Part shown: positions 56,959 to 63,964 of the stretch, piece by piece
How the letters are laid out: every line of letters starts with the position of its first letter
Numbering within the stretch: the stretch's first letter is position 1
Virus record (IMG/VR): IMGVR_UViG_3300042154_002208
Source of the DNA: a virus
Taxonomy: Duplodnaviria; Caudoviricetes
Length of the DNA: 64,000 nucleotides
Strand: one strand, 5' to 3'
Position numbers and translations under genes: made by a program
Notes under the pieces: model-generated
What the model was told of the DNA's origin: nothing
The model's database searches: none
What the model saw: the letters and a program-made list of their open reading frames with translations, nothing else

Positions 56959-57253
56959 ACCGTGGGCAATTAAAAATGAAAAAGGTGATCTATGGGGTTT
57001 CAAACTTCTGGAAGGTAATTATACCGGAACAATCATCAGTATTAATTCCGTCGAGATGGATGATAAATCTGACGACGGAACCGTTGCACTTGACTTCAAC
57101 TTTGTCCAAAGACCAAAAGGAAAAACAGAAGAAGATTTAAATTCTGCAGAATTCAATGGCGTGGTCGCAGACATAATTAACGATATATTAGCAAAGGCAA
57201 TTAATGAATTCGAAAATCGAACAGGTGATTCTGCAAAACCTGGTAACAGATGA
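56942..57253 (+). CDS. Hypothetical protein at the T4 gp40 position
   Basis: Synteny between uvsX and gp41 only. Confidence 0.5.
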   Translation: MPVKYEPWAIKNEKGDLWGFKLLEGNYTGTIISINSVEMDDKSDDGTVALDFNFVQRPKGKTEEDLNSAEFNGVVADIINDILAKAINEFENRTGDSAKPGNR

Positions 57254-58616
57254 TGAGTATATGAGAAAAGTAATCCCGTTCTTAAAGCGGGATTATTTTT
57301 TAGAAAATAGTGATCGATTAATTTTTGATAGAATCAAAGCGTTTATAGATGAGTATAACACACCTCCAAACAAAGATGCTTTGATTGTTGCACTTCAAAA
57401 TGATAAAACATTAAATGAAGAACAATATAAAGAAGTTGCAGGTATCATTCAAGAGCTAAACCCCACAGAACACAATAAAGATTGGCTCTACAAAGAGACT
57501 GAAAAGTTCTGTAAAGACAAAGCAATTTATAACGCAATTTTAAATTCAATTGCAATAATTGATGGCAGAGATGCGGCTAAGACTCAAGATGGTATTCCTC
57601 AATTATTGCAGGATGCACTTGGTGTTTGTTTTGACAACAATGTTGGACATGATTATATTGAGAATGCAGACAGTCGATATGAATTTTATCATAGAGTAGA
57701 ATCAAGAACACCTTTTGATCTTGAGTATTTTAACAAGATCACAAATGGTGGATTGCCTAATAAGACATTGAATGTTGTTCTTGCAGGTACCGGTGTTGGT
57801 AAGTCTTTGTTTATGTGTCACGTAGCAGCATCAACTTTGGCTCAAGGTAAGAATGTTTTGTATATTACTCTTGAGATGGCTGAAGAAAGAATTGCGGAAC
57901 GTATTGATGCAAACTTAATGAATATTACTTTAGATCAATTGAAAGATTTGCCGAAGGCTATATTTGACAATCGAATTGAAAAGATTAGAAACAAAACTGA
58001 AGGCAGATTAATTATTAAAGAATATCCTACTGCTGGCGCACATACTGGACACTTTAAGGCTTTGTTAAATGAATTGCAACTAAAGAAACAATTTAAACCC
58101 GCAATGATTATTATTGACTATTTGAATATTTGTTCAAGTTCTAGATTTAAATCTGGTTCAAATATTAATTCTTATACTTTGATTAAGTCTATTGCTGAAG
58201 AACTTCGTGGCTTGGCGGTTGAAGAAGATCTTCCTATTCTATCAGCTACACAGACAACTCGAAGCGGATATGGTAATACAGATGTTGAACTAACAGATAC
58301 ATCTGAATCTTTTGGTTTGCCTGCAACAGTTGACTTTATGTTTGCTTTGATTTCGACTGAGGAACTTGAACAAACAAATCAGATTATGGTTAAGCAATTA
58401 AAGAATCGATATAATGACCCGACAGCTAATAAACGATTTATGATTGGGGTTGACCGATCTAAGATGAAATTATATGATTTAGAACAGTCTGCTCAAAAGG
58501 GCTTAACAGATGCCAATTTGGATATTGATAGAGTTGACAAACCACAAAAAAGCAATTATAATATAGGAGATGCGTTTAATAAACGGTCTAGAGATTTCTC
58601 ATCTATAAAGTTATAA
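57204..58616 (+). CDS. gp41: Replicative helicase gp41
   Basis: AGTGVGKS, TLEMAE, IIDYLNI, SATQTTR, LKNRY. Confidence 0.97.
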   Translation: MNSKIEQVILQNLVTDDEYMRKVIPFLKRDYFLENSDRLIFDRIKAFIDEYNTPPNKDALIVALQNDKTLNEEQYKEVAGIIQELNPTEHNKDWLYKETEKFCKDKAIYNAILNSIAIIDGRDAAKTQDGIPQLLQDALGVCFDNNVGHDYIENADSRYEFYHRVESRTPFDLEYFNKITNGGLPNKTLNVVLAGTGVGKSLFMCHVAASTLAQGKNVLYITLEMAEERIAERIDANLMNITLDQLKDLPKAIFDNRIEKIRNKTEGRLIIKEYPTAGAHTGHFKALLNELQLKKQFKPAMIIIDYLNICSSSRFKSGSNINSYTLIKSIAEELRGLAVEEDLPILSATQTTRSGYGNTDVELTDTSESFGLPATVDFMFALISTEELEQTNQIMVKQLKNRYNDPTANKRFMIGVDRSKMKLYDLEQSAQKGLTDANLDIDRVDKPQKSNYNIGDAFNKRSRDFSSIKL

Positions 58617-58617
58617 A

Positions 58618-59430
58618 ATGAAACAATATTGGTCAAACACAAAAATTGCAAATTGGATTCGAGGTACAACTAAGCCCTCGTCTGCAACTAGTTCCGGTTG
58701 GCATAAATGGGAAAAAGAAGCAAAAGAATCTCATCCAATTCGTTATTGGATTGTTGAAGAAGGTCTTGATAAAATCCAAACCTTTATTCGGTTACCGATG
58801 GATACATTATACAATGCAAAATATTACATTAACAATCGTTGGGTTACTCGCACTAATAGTCTTACTGCACATCCCAGAGACATCAAACCTGGTCAGTGGC
58901 AAGACGTGGGTAATCGCTTTTTGCCTTGCTTATTCAATGAGCTTGTGGAGTTTGTTGAGGTAGAAACAGCTTGGTTGCATATTGCATGGGATGACGAAGC
59001 AACTAAAAAATATAATCCCCCATTCTATGCCAAAGGTTGGTTCCGTTGGAGAACATGGCGTAGTCCTCAAGCTGGTTTAGATCATCTTGATTGGGCGGCA
59101 ACACTTACCCATGAAGATGAAAATGGTAAAGTGGAAGACACAAGTCAAGCATCTTCTGCAAAAGAAATTAAAGAACTTTACTTGTGGTGGACTACAGTAT
59201 ACCCTAAAAGACCAGATGCCCATGAAGCAAGCGGATGGTCTGCATATTGCGAAAAGCGCAGACAAAAAGCTGGAGGTGATCTATGGGGTCACGAAAATGA
59301 AACAGAAGAAGAACGAAAAGAATGTATGACTGCTTTGGATTTGTCACATAAAATTGAAGCAGAATATATGGCAGAGGATGAAGCAATGATGATTCGCCTC
59401 ATTAAAATTAGACACTCACTTTGGACTTAA
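58618..59430 (+). CDS. Hypothetical Trp-rich phage protein
   Basis: 270-aa ORF with normal codon usage. Confidence 0.7.
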   Translation: MKQYWSNTKIANWIRGTTKPSSATSSGWHKWEKEAKESHPIRYWIVEEGLDKIQTFIRLPMDTLYNAKYYINNRWVTRTNSLTAHPRDIKPGQWQDVGNRFLPCLFNELVEFVEVETAWLHIAWDDEATKKYNPPFYAKGWFRWRTWRSPQAGLDHLDWAATLTHEDENGKVEDTSQASSAKEIKELYLWWTTVYPKRPDAHEASGWSAYCEKRRQKAGGDLWGHENETEEERKECMTALDLSHKIEAEYMAEDEAMMIRLIKIRHSLWT

Positions 59431-59440
59431 AGGAAATAAA

Positions 59441-59647
59441 ATGACAAAGAAACAAGTTAAAAAAATCAGCGACAAGCTATCAAAAGTTAACGATTCAATC
59501 ACTATCAATTTATATGACAACGGATATATGGTTGAAGTCAGCGGAAGAGGACTTGACGATGATTGGACAAACGTAAAAATCTTATGTTCTAATCTAGACG
59601 AAGTAACTACATTGCTTAAAGAAGCAAACGAATTAGAAAAGTGCTAA
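59441..59647 (+). CDS. Hypothetical protein
   Basis: ORF with AAGGA RBS. Confidence 0.65.
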   Translation: MTKKQVKKISDKLSKVNDSITINLYDNGYMVEVSGRGLDDDWTNVKILCSNLDEVTTLLKEANELEKC

Positions 59648-59648
59648 A

Positions 59649-59822
59649 ATGACTGATAAGGTTTGGCACACCATTGTACAAGATGATCCAGATCAACCTG
59701 GCGAATTTATTATTGAATTGCCCGAGGATCTTCTTAAACAAGTTCAATGGGTAGAAGGCGATACTTTGGAATGGAAAATGTCTGGCGAACAAATTATATT
59801 ATCCAAAAAGATAATAGGCTAA
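59649..59822 (+). CDS. AbrB/MazE-like small protein
   Basis: Hand-translated: IIELPEDLLKQVQWVEGDTLEW. Confidence 0.65.
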   Translation: MTDKVWHTIVQDDPDQPGEFIIELPEDLLKQVQWVEGDTLEWKMSGEQIILSKKIIG

Positions 59823-59852
59823 ATATTATTTGTAACTCAACAGGAGAAACTA

Positions 59853-60032
59853 ATGCAAACTAAAACAAATCCCGAAACACTTATTGAAACAAATAAGCCA
59901 GGGTTTCTGCAAGAAGTCATTGAAAACGGACCTAGATCATCTACAGATAATGTATTGAAATCTGAGAGTGAAGTTTACGGCGAGAATTTATCTAAACTAT
60001 ATGGTGAGGAACCGAATCACTTCACCGACTAA
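59853..60032 (+). CDS. Hypothetical protein
   Basis: 59-aa ORF with AGGAG RBS. Confidence 0.5.
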   Translation: MQTKTNPETLIETNKPGFLQEVIENGPRSSTDNVLKSESEVYGENLSKLYGEEPNHFTD

Positions 60033-60037
60033 AGCGT

Positions 60038-60045
60038 TATAAATA
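60038..60045 (+). promoter_or_regulatory. T4-type late promoter
   Basis: TATAAATA upstream of GGAGG RBS. Confidence 0.7.
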
Positions 60046-60064
60046 AAAGTGGAGGACAATAAAA

Positions 60065-60568
60065 ATGAAAGTTTCCGTTAGAAATGCAAAAGATAGAATG
60101 CTAGTGTATTTACTAAAGTTAGCTGCCGATTCATTTGCCAAAAATTTAATGTCCCCACAATTGACCAAACACTTATCTATTAAAATTGTTGTACGTGACA
60201 AGCTAGACGCCGGCGGCTTTTGTGATTACGAAATTGATCCAGCAGGCAATCCAAGAGAATTTAACATTGAACTTTTAAGGACACGAAAAAAGATTAATAT
60301 GTTCAAGGTCCTGGCACATGAGATGGTTCATGTGAAGCAACATGCCAAAGGCGAAGCCAAAGATAAGTTTAAAAAAGATAAGTATATAACATTATGGTTT
60401 GGTGAAAAATATGATGATGATACATCCTACTGGGACCAACCTTGGGAAATAGAAGCCTATGGTTTGGAAAATAGTCTTGTTGCAAAATTTTTAGTGGAAC
60501 ATGACCAATTTAAAAATCTAAGGCAGAAGCACGCAGATTGGTTCACGGAGGAGTCGATAAAAGAATAA
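60065..60568 (+). CDS. HExxH zinc metallopeptidase-like protein
   Basis: LAHEMVHVKQ, PWEIEA. Confidence 0.8.
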   Translation: MKVSVRNAKDRMLVYLLKLAADSFAKNLMSPQLTKHLSIKIVVRDKLDAGGFCDYEIDPAGNPREFNIELLRTRKKINMFKVLAHEMVHVKQHAKGEAKDKFKKDKYITLWFGEKYDDDTSYWDQPWEIEAYGLENSLVAKFLVEHDQFKNLRQKHADWFTEESIKE

Positions 60569-60584
60569 TTAAAAGGAGCACGGT

Positions 60585-60743
60585 ATGGAAAGTATTACAT
60601 TTTCGTTATATGACCTAATTCAAATTTCTCTAATGTTAGCAGCTTGTTTTGCCTGTTACAAATGGGGACACAACAAAGGCGTAGATGACACGTTGGACTT
60701 TTTCGAATCAGAAGGCGTTATAGAAAAAGAGGAAAATGCTTAA
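60585..60743 (+). CDS. Small membrane protein
   Basis: 52-aa ORF with AAGGAG RBS. Confidence 0.55.
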   Translation: MESITFSLYDLIQISLMLAACFACYKWGHNKGVDDTLDFFESEGVIEKEENA

Positions 60744-60783
60744 TTTTTAAGCAAAATTAACCGTTGTGCTAAAACAACACTGT

Positions 60784-60815
60784 AGAACCCGAGCATTTGA
60801 CTCGGGTTCTTTTTT
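60784..60815 (+). terminator. Intrinsic terminator overlapping an early promoter
   Basis: AGAACCCGAG-CATTTGA-CTCGGGTTCT-TTTTT. Confidence 0.8.
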
Positions 60816-60825
60816 CTGTTATAAT
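60797..60825 (+). promoter_or_regulatory. Sigma70-type early promoter
   Basis: TTGACT-17-TATAAT. Confidence 0.8.
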
Positions 60826-60831
60826 AAGCAC

Positions 60832-61215
60832 ATGATAAAGAACTTTTCAATCGGTGCAGAAGTCGAGATTCAAACTCGGTGGAAATCGAATATATTGGGT
60901 GAAGAATATCAGGATAATATATTCAAAGGTAAAGTCGTTAATAATCCTAAATGGTTAGATAATGATTATGTCTCTGTATATACAGGTAATCCAGAATATC
61001 CCACATCCCATATTAATAAGCGATTTATTGTTGGATTTGATTTTCCAGATAATCGAGTAGAAACTCGTATATTCCGGATTAAATCAAAATCGAAAGGACA
61101 TATCTATAATGTCGTTTCAGATAACGGTATTGTTTCCTGTAGTTGTGTAGGATTTCAATTCCGTAGAACTTGCAAGCATGCAAATAAAGTTAAAGAATTT
61201 ATCCAAAATGCTTGA
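60832..61215 (+). CDS. SWIM zinc-finger protein
   Basis: CSCVGFQFRRTCKH; start at ATG 60832 after the promoter. Confidence 0.8.
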   Translation: MIKNFSIGAEVEIQTRWKSNILGEEYQDNIFKGKVVNNPKWLDNDYVSVYTGNPEYPTSHINKRFIVGFDFPDNRVETRIFRIKSKSKGHIYNVVSDNGIVSCSCVGFQFRRTCKHANKVKEFIQNA

Positions 61216-61240
61216 CAGGCCAGCCGAAAGGCTATATAAT
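61212..61240 (+). promoter_or_regulatory. Sigma70-type early promoter
   Basis: TTGACA-17-TATAAT. Confidence 0.85.
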
Positions 61241-61288
61241 ATGAATTGTAGGGTTGTTAATTTTTACATTTTTTGAAGGATCTATATT

Positions 61289-61702
61289 ATGAGTACATTC
61301 ACAGTAGCCGGCGTTTCTACACAGTACGGTATCACTAAAGTTCGTTTTGCCAATGACATGGTATCTCGATACAAACTCTTGTCTAAAGGTGGTCACTCTC
61401 CTTTGGAGTTGATTGAGTTGCCAAGAGGCATGACAAAGTCCGAAGCATGTCAGTATCTTCTTGATACAGGTGGTGTCTTTGAACAATGGTCTGGTCTCAT
61501 CATCGAGACAATGGGTAAGAAACAAGGTACAGTTATTAGCAAGCCAGTGAAGGCAAAAGCTAAAGCAGCACCTGTAAAGGCAAAGACAGTTGCTCCTGCG
61601 AAAGTAGCAGCACCTAAAGTAGTCAAGGCAAAAGTTGTCGAGGATGACTTGGAACTTGAAGAATTGAAACAGTTGGCTGAGTTGGAAGACGCGCCAATTT
61701 AA
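61289..61702 (+). CDS. Early hypothetical protein with Lys/Ala/Pro-rich tail
   Basis: AGGA RBS; KAKAKAAPVKAK tail. Confidence 0.75.
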   Translation: MSTFTVAGVSTQYGITKVRFANDMVSRYKLLSKGGHSPLELIELPRGMTKSEACQYLLDTGGVFEQWSGLIIETMGKKQGTVISKPVKAKAKAAPVKAKTVAPAKVAAPKVVKAKVVEDDLELEELKQLAELEDAPI

Positions 61703-61736
61703 TTTTTAAAAGCACCAGTAAGACGGTGCCGAGATG

Positions 61737-61744
61737 TATAAATA
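61737..61744 (+). promoter_or_regulatory. T4-type late promoter-like motif
   Basis: TATAAATA in intergenic region. Confidence 0.5.
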
Positions 61745-61749
61745 TTTTT

Positions 61750-61857
61750 ATGAACAATAAATTTAACCTTTTCTGTCAGCATCAAGAACCGACTTCTTAT
61801 ATTGGAACGTCAGAGCGCGTTGCAGACAAAAATTCATGGAGTGTGCTTCAGGGTTAG
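61750..61857 (+). CDS. Possible 35-aa leader peptide
   Basis: MNNKFNLFCQHQEPT..VLQG followed by a terminator hairpin. Confidence 0.3.
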   Translation: MNNKFNLFCQHQEPTSYIGTSERVADKNSWSVLQG

Positions 61858-61884
61858 AATTTAAATTTCATACAAGTTTATCTT

Positions 61885-61924
61885 AGAACCCTCGGCACTT
61901 CTACAGTCCGAGGGTTTTCCTTTT
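61885..61924 (+). terminator. Intrinsic terminator upstream of the tRNA array
   Basis: AACCCTCGG...CCGAGGGTT plus T-tracts. Confidence 0.75.
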
Positions 61925-61949
61925 GTGACATGCTTTAGTACCCTTACAT

Positions 61950-61978
61950 TTGACAAGGATACTAAAAGATGTTATAAT
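61950..61978 (+). promoter_or_regulatory. Sigma70-type promoter of the tRNA array
   Basis: TTGACA-17-TATAAT. Confidence 0.85.
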
Positions 61979-62039
61979 AAGTTTAAATAGATCGTTATTT
62001 AAGCTAAGTTCTTTTAAAATTTGCGCATGATATTATTGT

Positions 62040-62113
62040 ATCCGGTTAGCTCAATAGTAGAGCATTCGACTGATAATCGAAAGACAGAGGAGCGTTACCT
62101 CTACTGGATACCA
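62040..62113 (+). tRNA. tRNA-Ile(GAT), non-canonical T-loop
   Basis: TTCGA-CTGATAA-TCGAA arm; T-arm AGAGG-AGCGTTA-CCTCT; CCA. Confidence 0.75.
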
Positions 62114-62119
62114 AATTTT

Positions 62120-62195
62120 GTCCCGTTCGTCTAGAGGCCTAGGACACCACCCTTTCACGGTGACTACACCAGTTCGAATCTGGTACGGGACGCCA
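62120..62195 (+). tRNA. tRNA-Glu(TTC)
   Basis: Cloverleaf, CTTTCAC loop, CCA. Confidence 0.92.
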
Positions 62196-62233
62196 TTATT
62201 TTGTGCATTACCAAGTGTATAAAACAATGGTAC

Positions 62234-62311
62234 GCCTAGATGGCAGAGTGGTCAAATGCAACGGATTGCAAATCCGTAAGATCGTCAGTTCGAATCTGAC
62301 TCTAGGTTCCA
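62234..62311 (+). tRNA. tRNA-Cys(GCA)
   Basis: ACGGA-TTGCAAA-TCCGT; U73; CCA. Confidence 0.92.
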
Positions 62312-62321
62312 AAAATAATGC

Positions 62322-62350
62322 TTGACACAAGTGTGTTAAGATGTTATAAT
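62322..62350 (+). promoter_or_regulatory. Sigma70-type promoter inside the tRNA array
   Basis: TTGACA-17-TATAAT. Confidence 0.85.
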
Positions 62351-62360
62351 TAAGTTAATT

Positions 62361-62552
62361 AATTGGGGTTACCCGCACCAGTAGGTAATATAACAAGTGT
62401 TCAAGTCGACGGACTAGAGCTTTTATATTGCACGAAAGATGGAAACGAAGCCGCAAGGTTGATACGGTGGTCACGCTGGAGTATGTGGGCCTGTAATGTT
62501 GAGGCAGAAGGCACAAGAGACGGTCTTGTGAGATATGCGTAGTCCCCCAATT
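62361..62552 (+). ncRNA. Unassigned structured ncRNA candidate A
   Basis: AATTGGGG/CCCCAATT closing stem, multiple internal hairpins. Confidence 0.6.
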
Positions 62553-62563
62553 AAAAAGTTTTT

Positions 62564-62639
62564 GGTCTGTTAGTGTTAGCGGTAAGCACGCGAGCCTGTC
62601 ACGCTTGTAGCAGGGATTCGAATTCCCTACAGACCGCCA
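62564..62639 (+). tRNA. tRNA-Asp(GTC)
   Basis: Cloverleaf, CTGTCAC loop, G73, CCA. Confidence 0.92.
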
Positions 62640-62644
62640 AGTTA

Positions 62645-62710
62645 TGGTCTTAGTCTATAAATGCATAAAGAGAGTCTAAGTTAAATGGCACCTCAAAGTG
62701 GGACCAACCA
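62645..62710 (+). other. tRNA-like element (acceptor-type stem + ACCA, no clear cloverleaf)
   Basis: TGGTCTT/GGGACCA-A-CCA. Confidence 0.35.
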
Positions 62711-62714
62711 TTTT

Positions 62715-62905
62715 AGAACCCGCCGGAGTAACGTCTGGCTAGTATGACCCATACGAAGCGAAGTGAGTTCGTCACTCAAGGGTGGTAGTCTTTTTACCTA
62801 AAGGCCGTTGGCAGCACGAGAGCGGTCCTTGTCGGGGAGCGGGTGGAAGGTACGCATGGGGGATATGATAGCGTCATATTTTTCTGTACTATAATTACCG
62901 CCGGA
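62715..62905 (+). ncRNA. Unassigned structured ncRNA candidate B
   Basis: GC-rich, at least six hairpins between tRNA-Asp and tRNA-Leu. Confidence 0.55.
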
Positions 62906-62920
62906 GGACGCAGAGCATTT

Positions 62921-62997
62921 GCCTAGGTGACGGAATTGGTATACGTGTTGGTCTTAGAAGCCAAATTTTGAGAGTTCGAGTCTCTCCTTAGGCACCA
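62921..62997 (+). tRNA. tRNA-Leu(TAG) with short variable loop
   Basis: TTGGT-CTTAGAA-GCCAA; 5-nt variable region; A73 CCA. Confidence 0.85.
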
Positions 62998-63090
62998 TAT
63001 TGAAACATTCTAAACTGGACGCAGGTTCTAAGAAGTAAGACCTTGATTGATCCCCAAGAAGGTATGGAGAGCAAGAGTGTTTCAATATGG
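62995..63090 (+). ncRNA. Long-stem inter-tRNA element 1
   Basis: CCATATTGAAACATTC/GAGTGTTTCAATATGG 16-bp stem. Confidence 0.55.
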
Positions 63091-63164
63091 GGGTGTAGCT
63101 CAGTTGGGAGAGCGGTTGCTTTGCAAGCAATAGGTCGCAGGTTCGATCCCTGTCTCCTCCACCA
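63089..63164 (+). tRNA. tRNA-Ala(TGC)
   Basis: G3:U70, TTTGCAA loop, CCA. Confidence 0.93.
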
Positions 63165-63170
63165 ATTTAA

Positions 63171-63244
63171 CTCGGTGTAGTTTAATGGTAGAATTCGTGG
63201 TTTGGGACCATGAGACGGAAGTTCGATTCTTCCTACCGAGACCA
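63171..63244 (+). tRNA. tRNA-Pro(TGG)
   Basis: TTTGGGA loop, CCA. Confidence 0.92.
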
Positions 63245-63252
63245 TAGTTTTT

Positions 63253-63328
63253 TGGCCTATAGCTCAGTTGGTAGAGCGTTTGACTGTTAATCAAAATGTC
63301 CCTGGTTCGAGCCCAGGTTGGCCAGCCA
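63253..63328 (+). tRNA. tRNA-Asn(GTT)
   Basis: CTGTTAA loop, G73, CCA. Confidence 0.93.
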
Positions 63329-63333
63329 AATTT

Positions 63334-63418
63334 GGAGATGCCGCCGTAATGGTATGGCAGGAGACTGTAAATCTTCCGACTCACGTCACAATTGGTTCGA
63401 TCCCAATCATCTCCACCA
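63334..63418 (+). tRNA. tRNA-Tyr(GTA)
   Basis: CTGTAAA loop, long variable arm, CCA. Confidence 0.92.
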
Positions 63419-63444
63419 TTTTTAATTTTTAACAAGGAGCAGTT

Positions 63445-63585
63445 ATGAAACATAAGATGATCGTCAAGCAACGTAACCGTTTCGTTGTTTTGGCTTTACA
63501 ACGCAAAGCGGGAGTCCATCGTAAAAGCAACAAAGCTTTGCGAAGGCAACATAATGCGAGTATAGCTCAGTTGGTAGAGCAGTAG
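63445..63585 (+). CDS. Small basic protein (RKAGVHRKSNKA) overlapping tRNA-Lys
   Basis: AAGGAG RBS; 46-aa ORF translated by hand; stop inside the tRNA. Confidence 0.55.
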   Translation: MKHKMIVKQRNRFVVLALQRKAGVHRKSNKALRRQHNASIAQLVEQ

Positions 63586-63631
63586 ACTTTTAATCTATTG
63601 GTCGTGGGTTCGAATCCCCCTACTCGTACCA
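63556..63631 (+). tRNA. tRNA-Lys(TTT)
   Basis: CTTTTAA loop, CCA. Confidence 0.92.
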
Positions 63632-63720
63632 TATAAAAACATTCTTGTCAGCACTGTGGGAAGCGCAGATAGACAATACTAGAACAAGGTTCGAATCCAA
63701 ACAAGAGTGTTTCTATATGG
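63629..63720 (+). ncRNA. Long-stem inter-tRNA element 2 with internal T-loop-like motif
   Basis: CCATATAAAAACATTCTTG/CAAGAGTGTTTCTATATGG stem; GGTTCGAATCC inside. Confidence 0.6.
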
Positions 63721-63726
63721 CAATAT

Positions 63727-63802
63727 GCAGTTGTTAGTGTAACGGTTAACACCACGGATTGTGATTCCGTTAATATGGGTTCGATTCCCATACTTCTGCC
63801 CA
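63727..63802 (+). tRNA. tRNA-His(GTG)
   Basis: G-1:C73, TTGTGAT loop, CCA; two T:T acceptor mismatches. Confidence 0.85.
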
Positions 63803-63808
63803 GATTAG

Positions 63809-63883
63809 ATTGGGATATTTCAATTGGTTAGAAACGGGGATGTATAAGCCGCGTAATGTGAGTTCGACTCTCACTCCCAATCT
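63809..63883 (+). pseudogene. Degenerate tRNA (TAT at anticodon position)
   Basis: Good acceptor, D and T arms but broken anticodon stem and no CCA. Confidence 0.5.
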
Positions 63884-63886
63884 TCC

Positions 63887-63961
63887 GGTGATGTAGCATA
63901 ACGGTAGTGCACCAGCTTCATACGCTGCCCGGTGTAAGTTCGATTCTTACTATCACCACCA
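63887..63961 (+). tRNA. tRNA-Met(CAT), elongator-type
   Basis: TTCATAC loop, G1:C72, CCA. Confidence 0.88.
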
Positions 63962-63964
63962 TTT

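Noticed and set aside
60766-60831. 5' extension of the SWIM protein in the ORF track
   Set aside because: Spans a terminator and promoter; ATG 60832 is the plausible start
62988-63471. Minus-strand ORFs of 85 and 123 aa
   Set aside because: Antisense shadows of the tRNA genes
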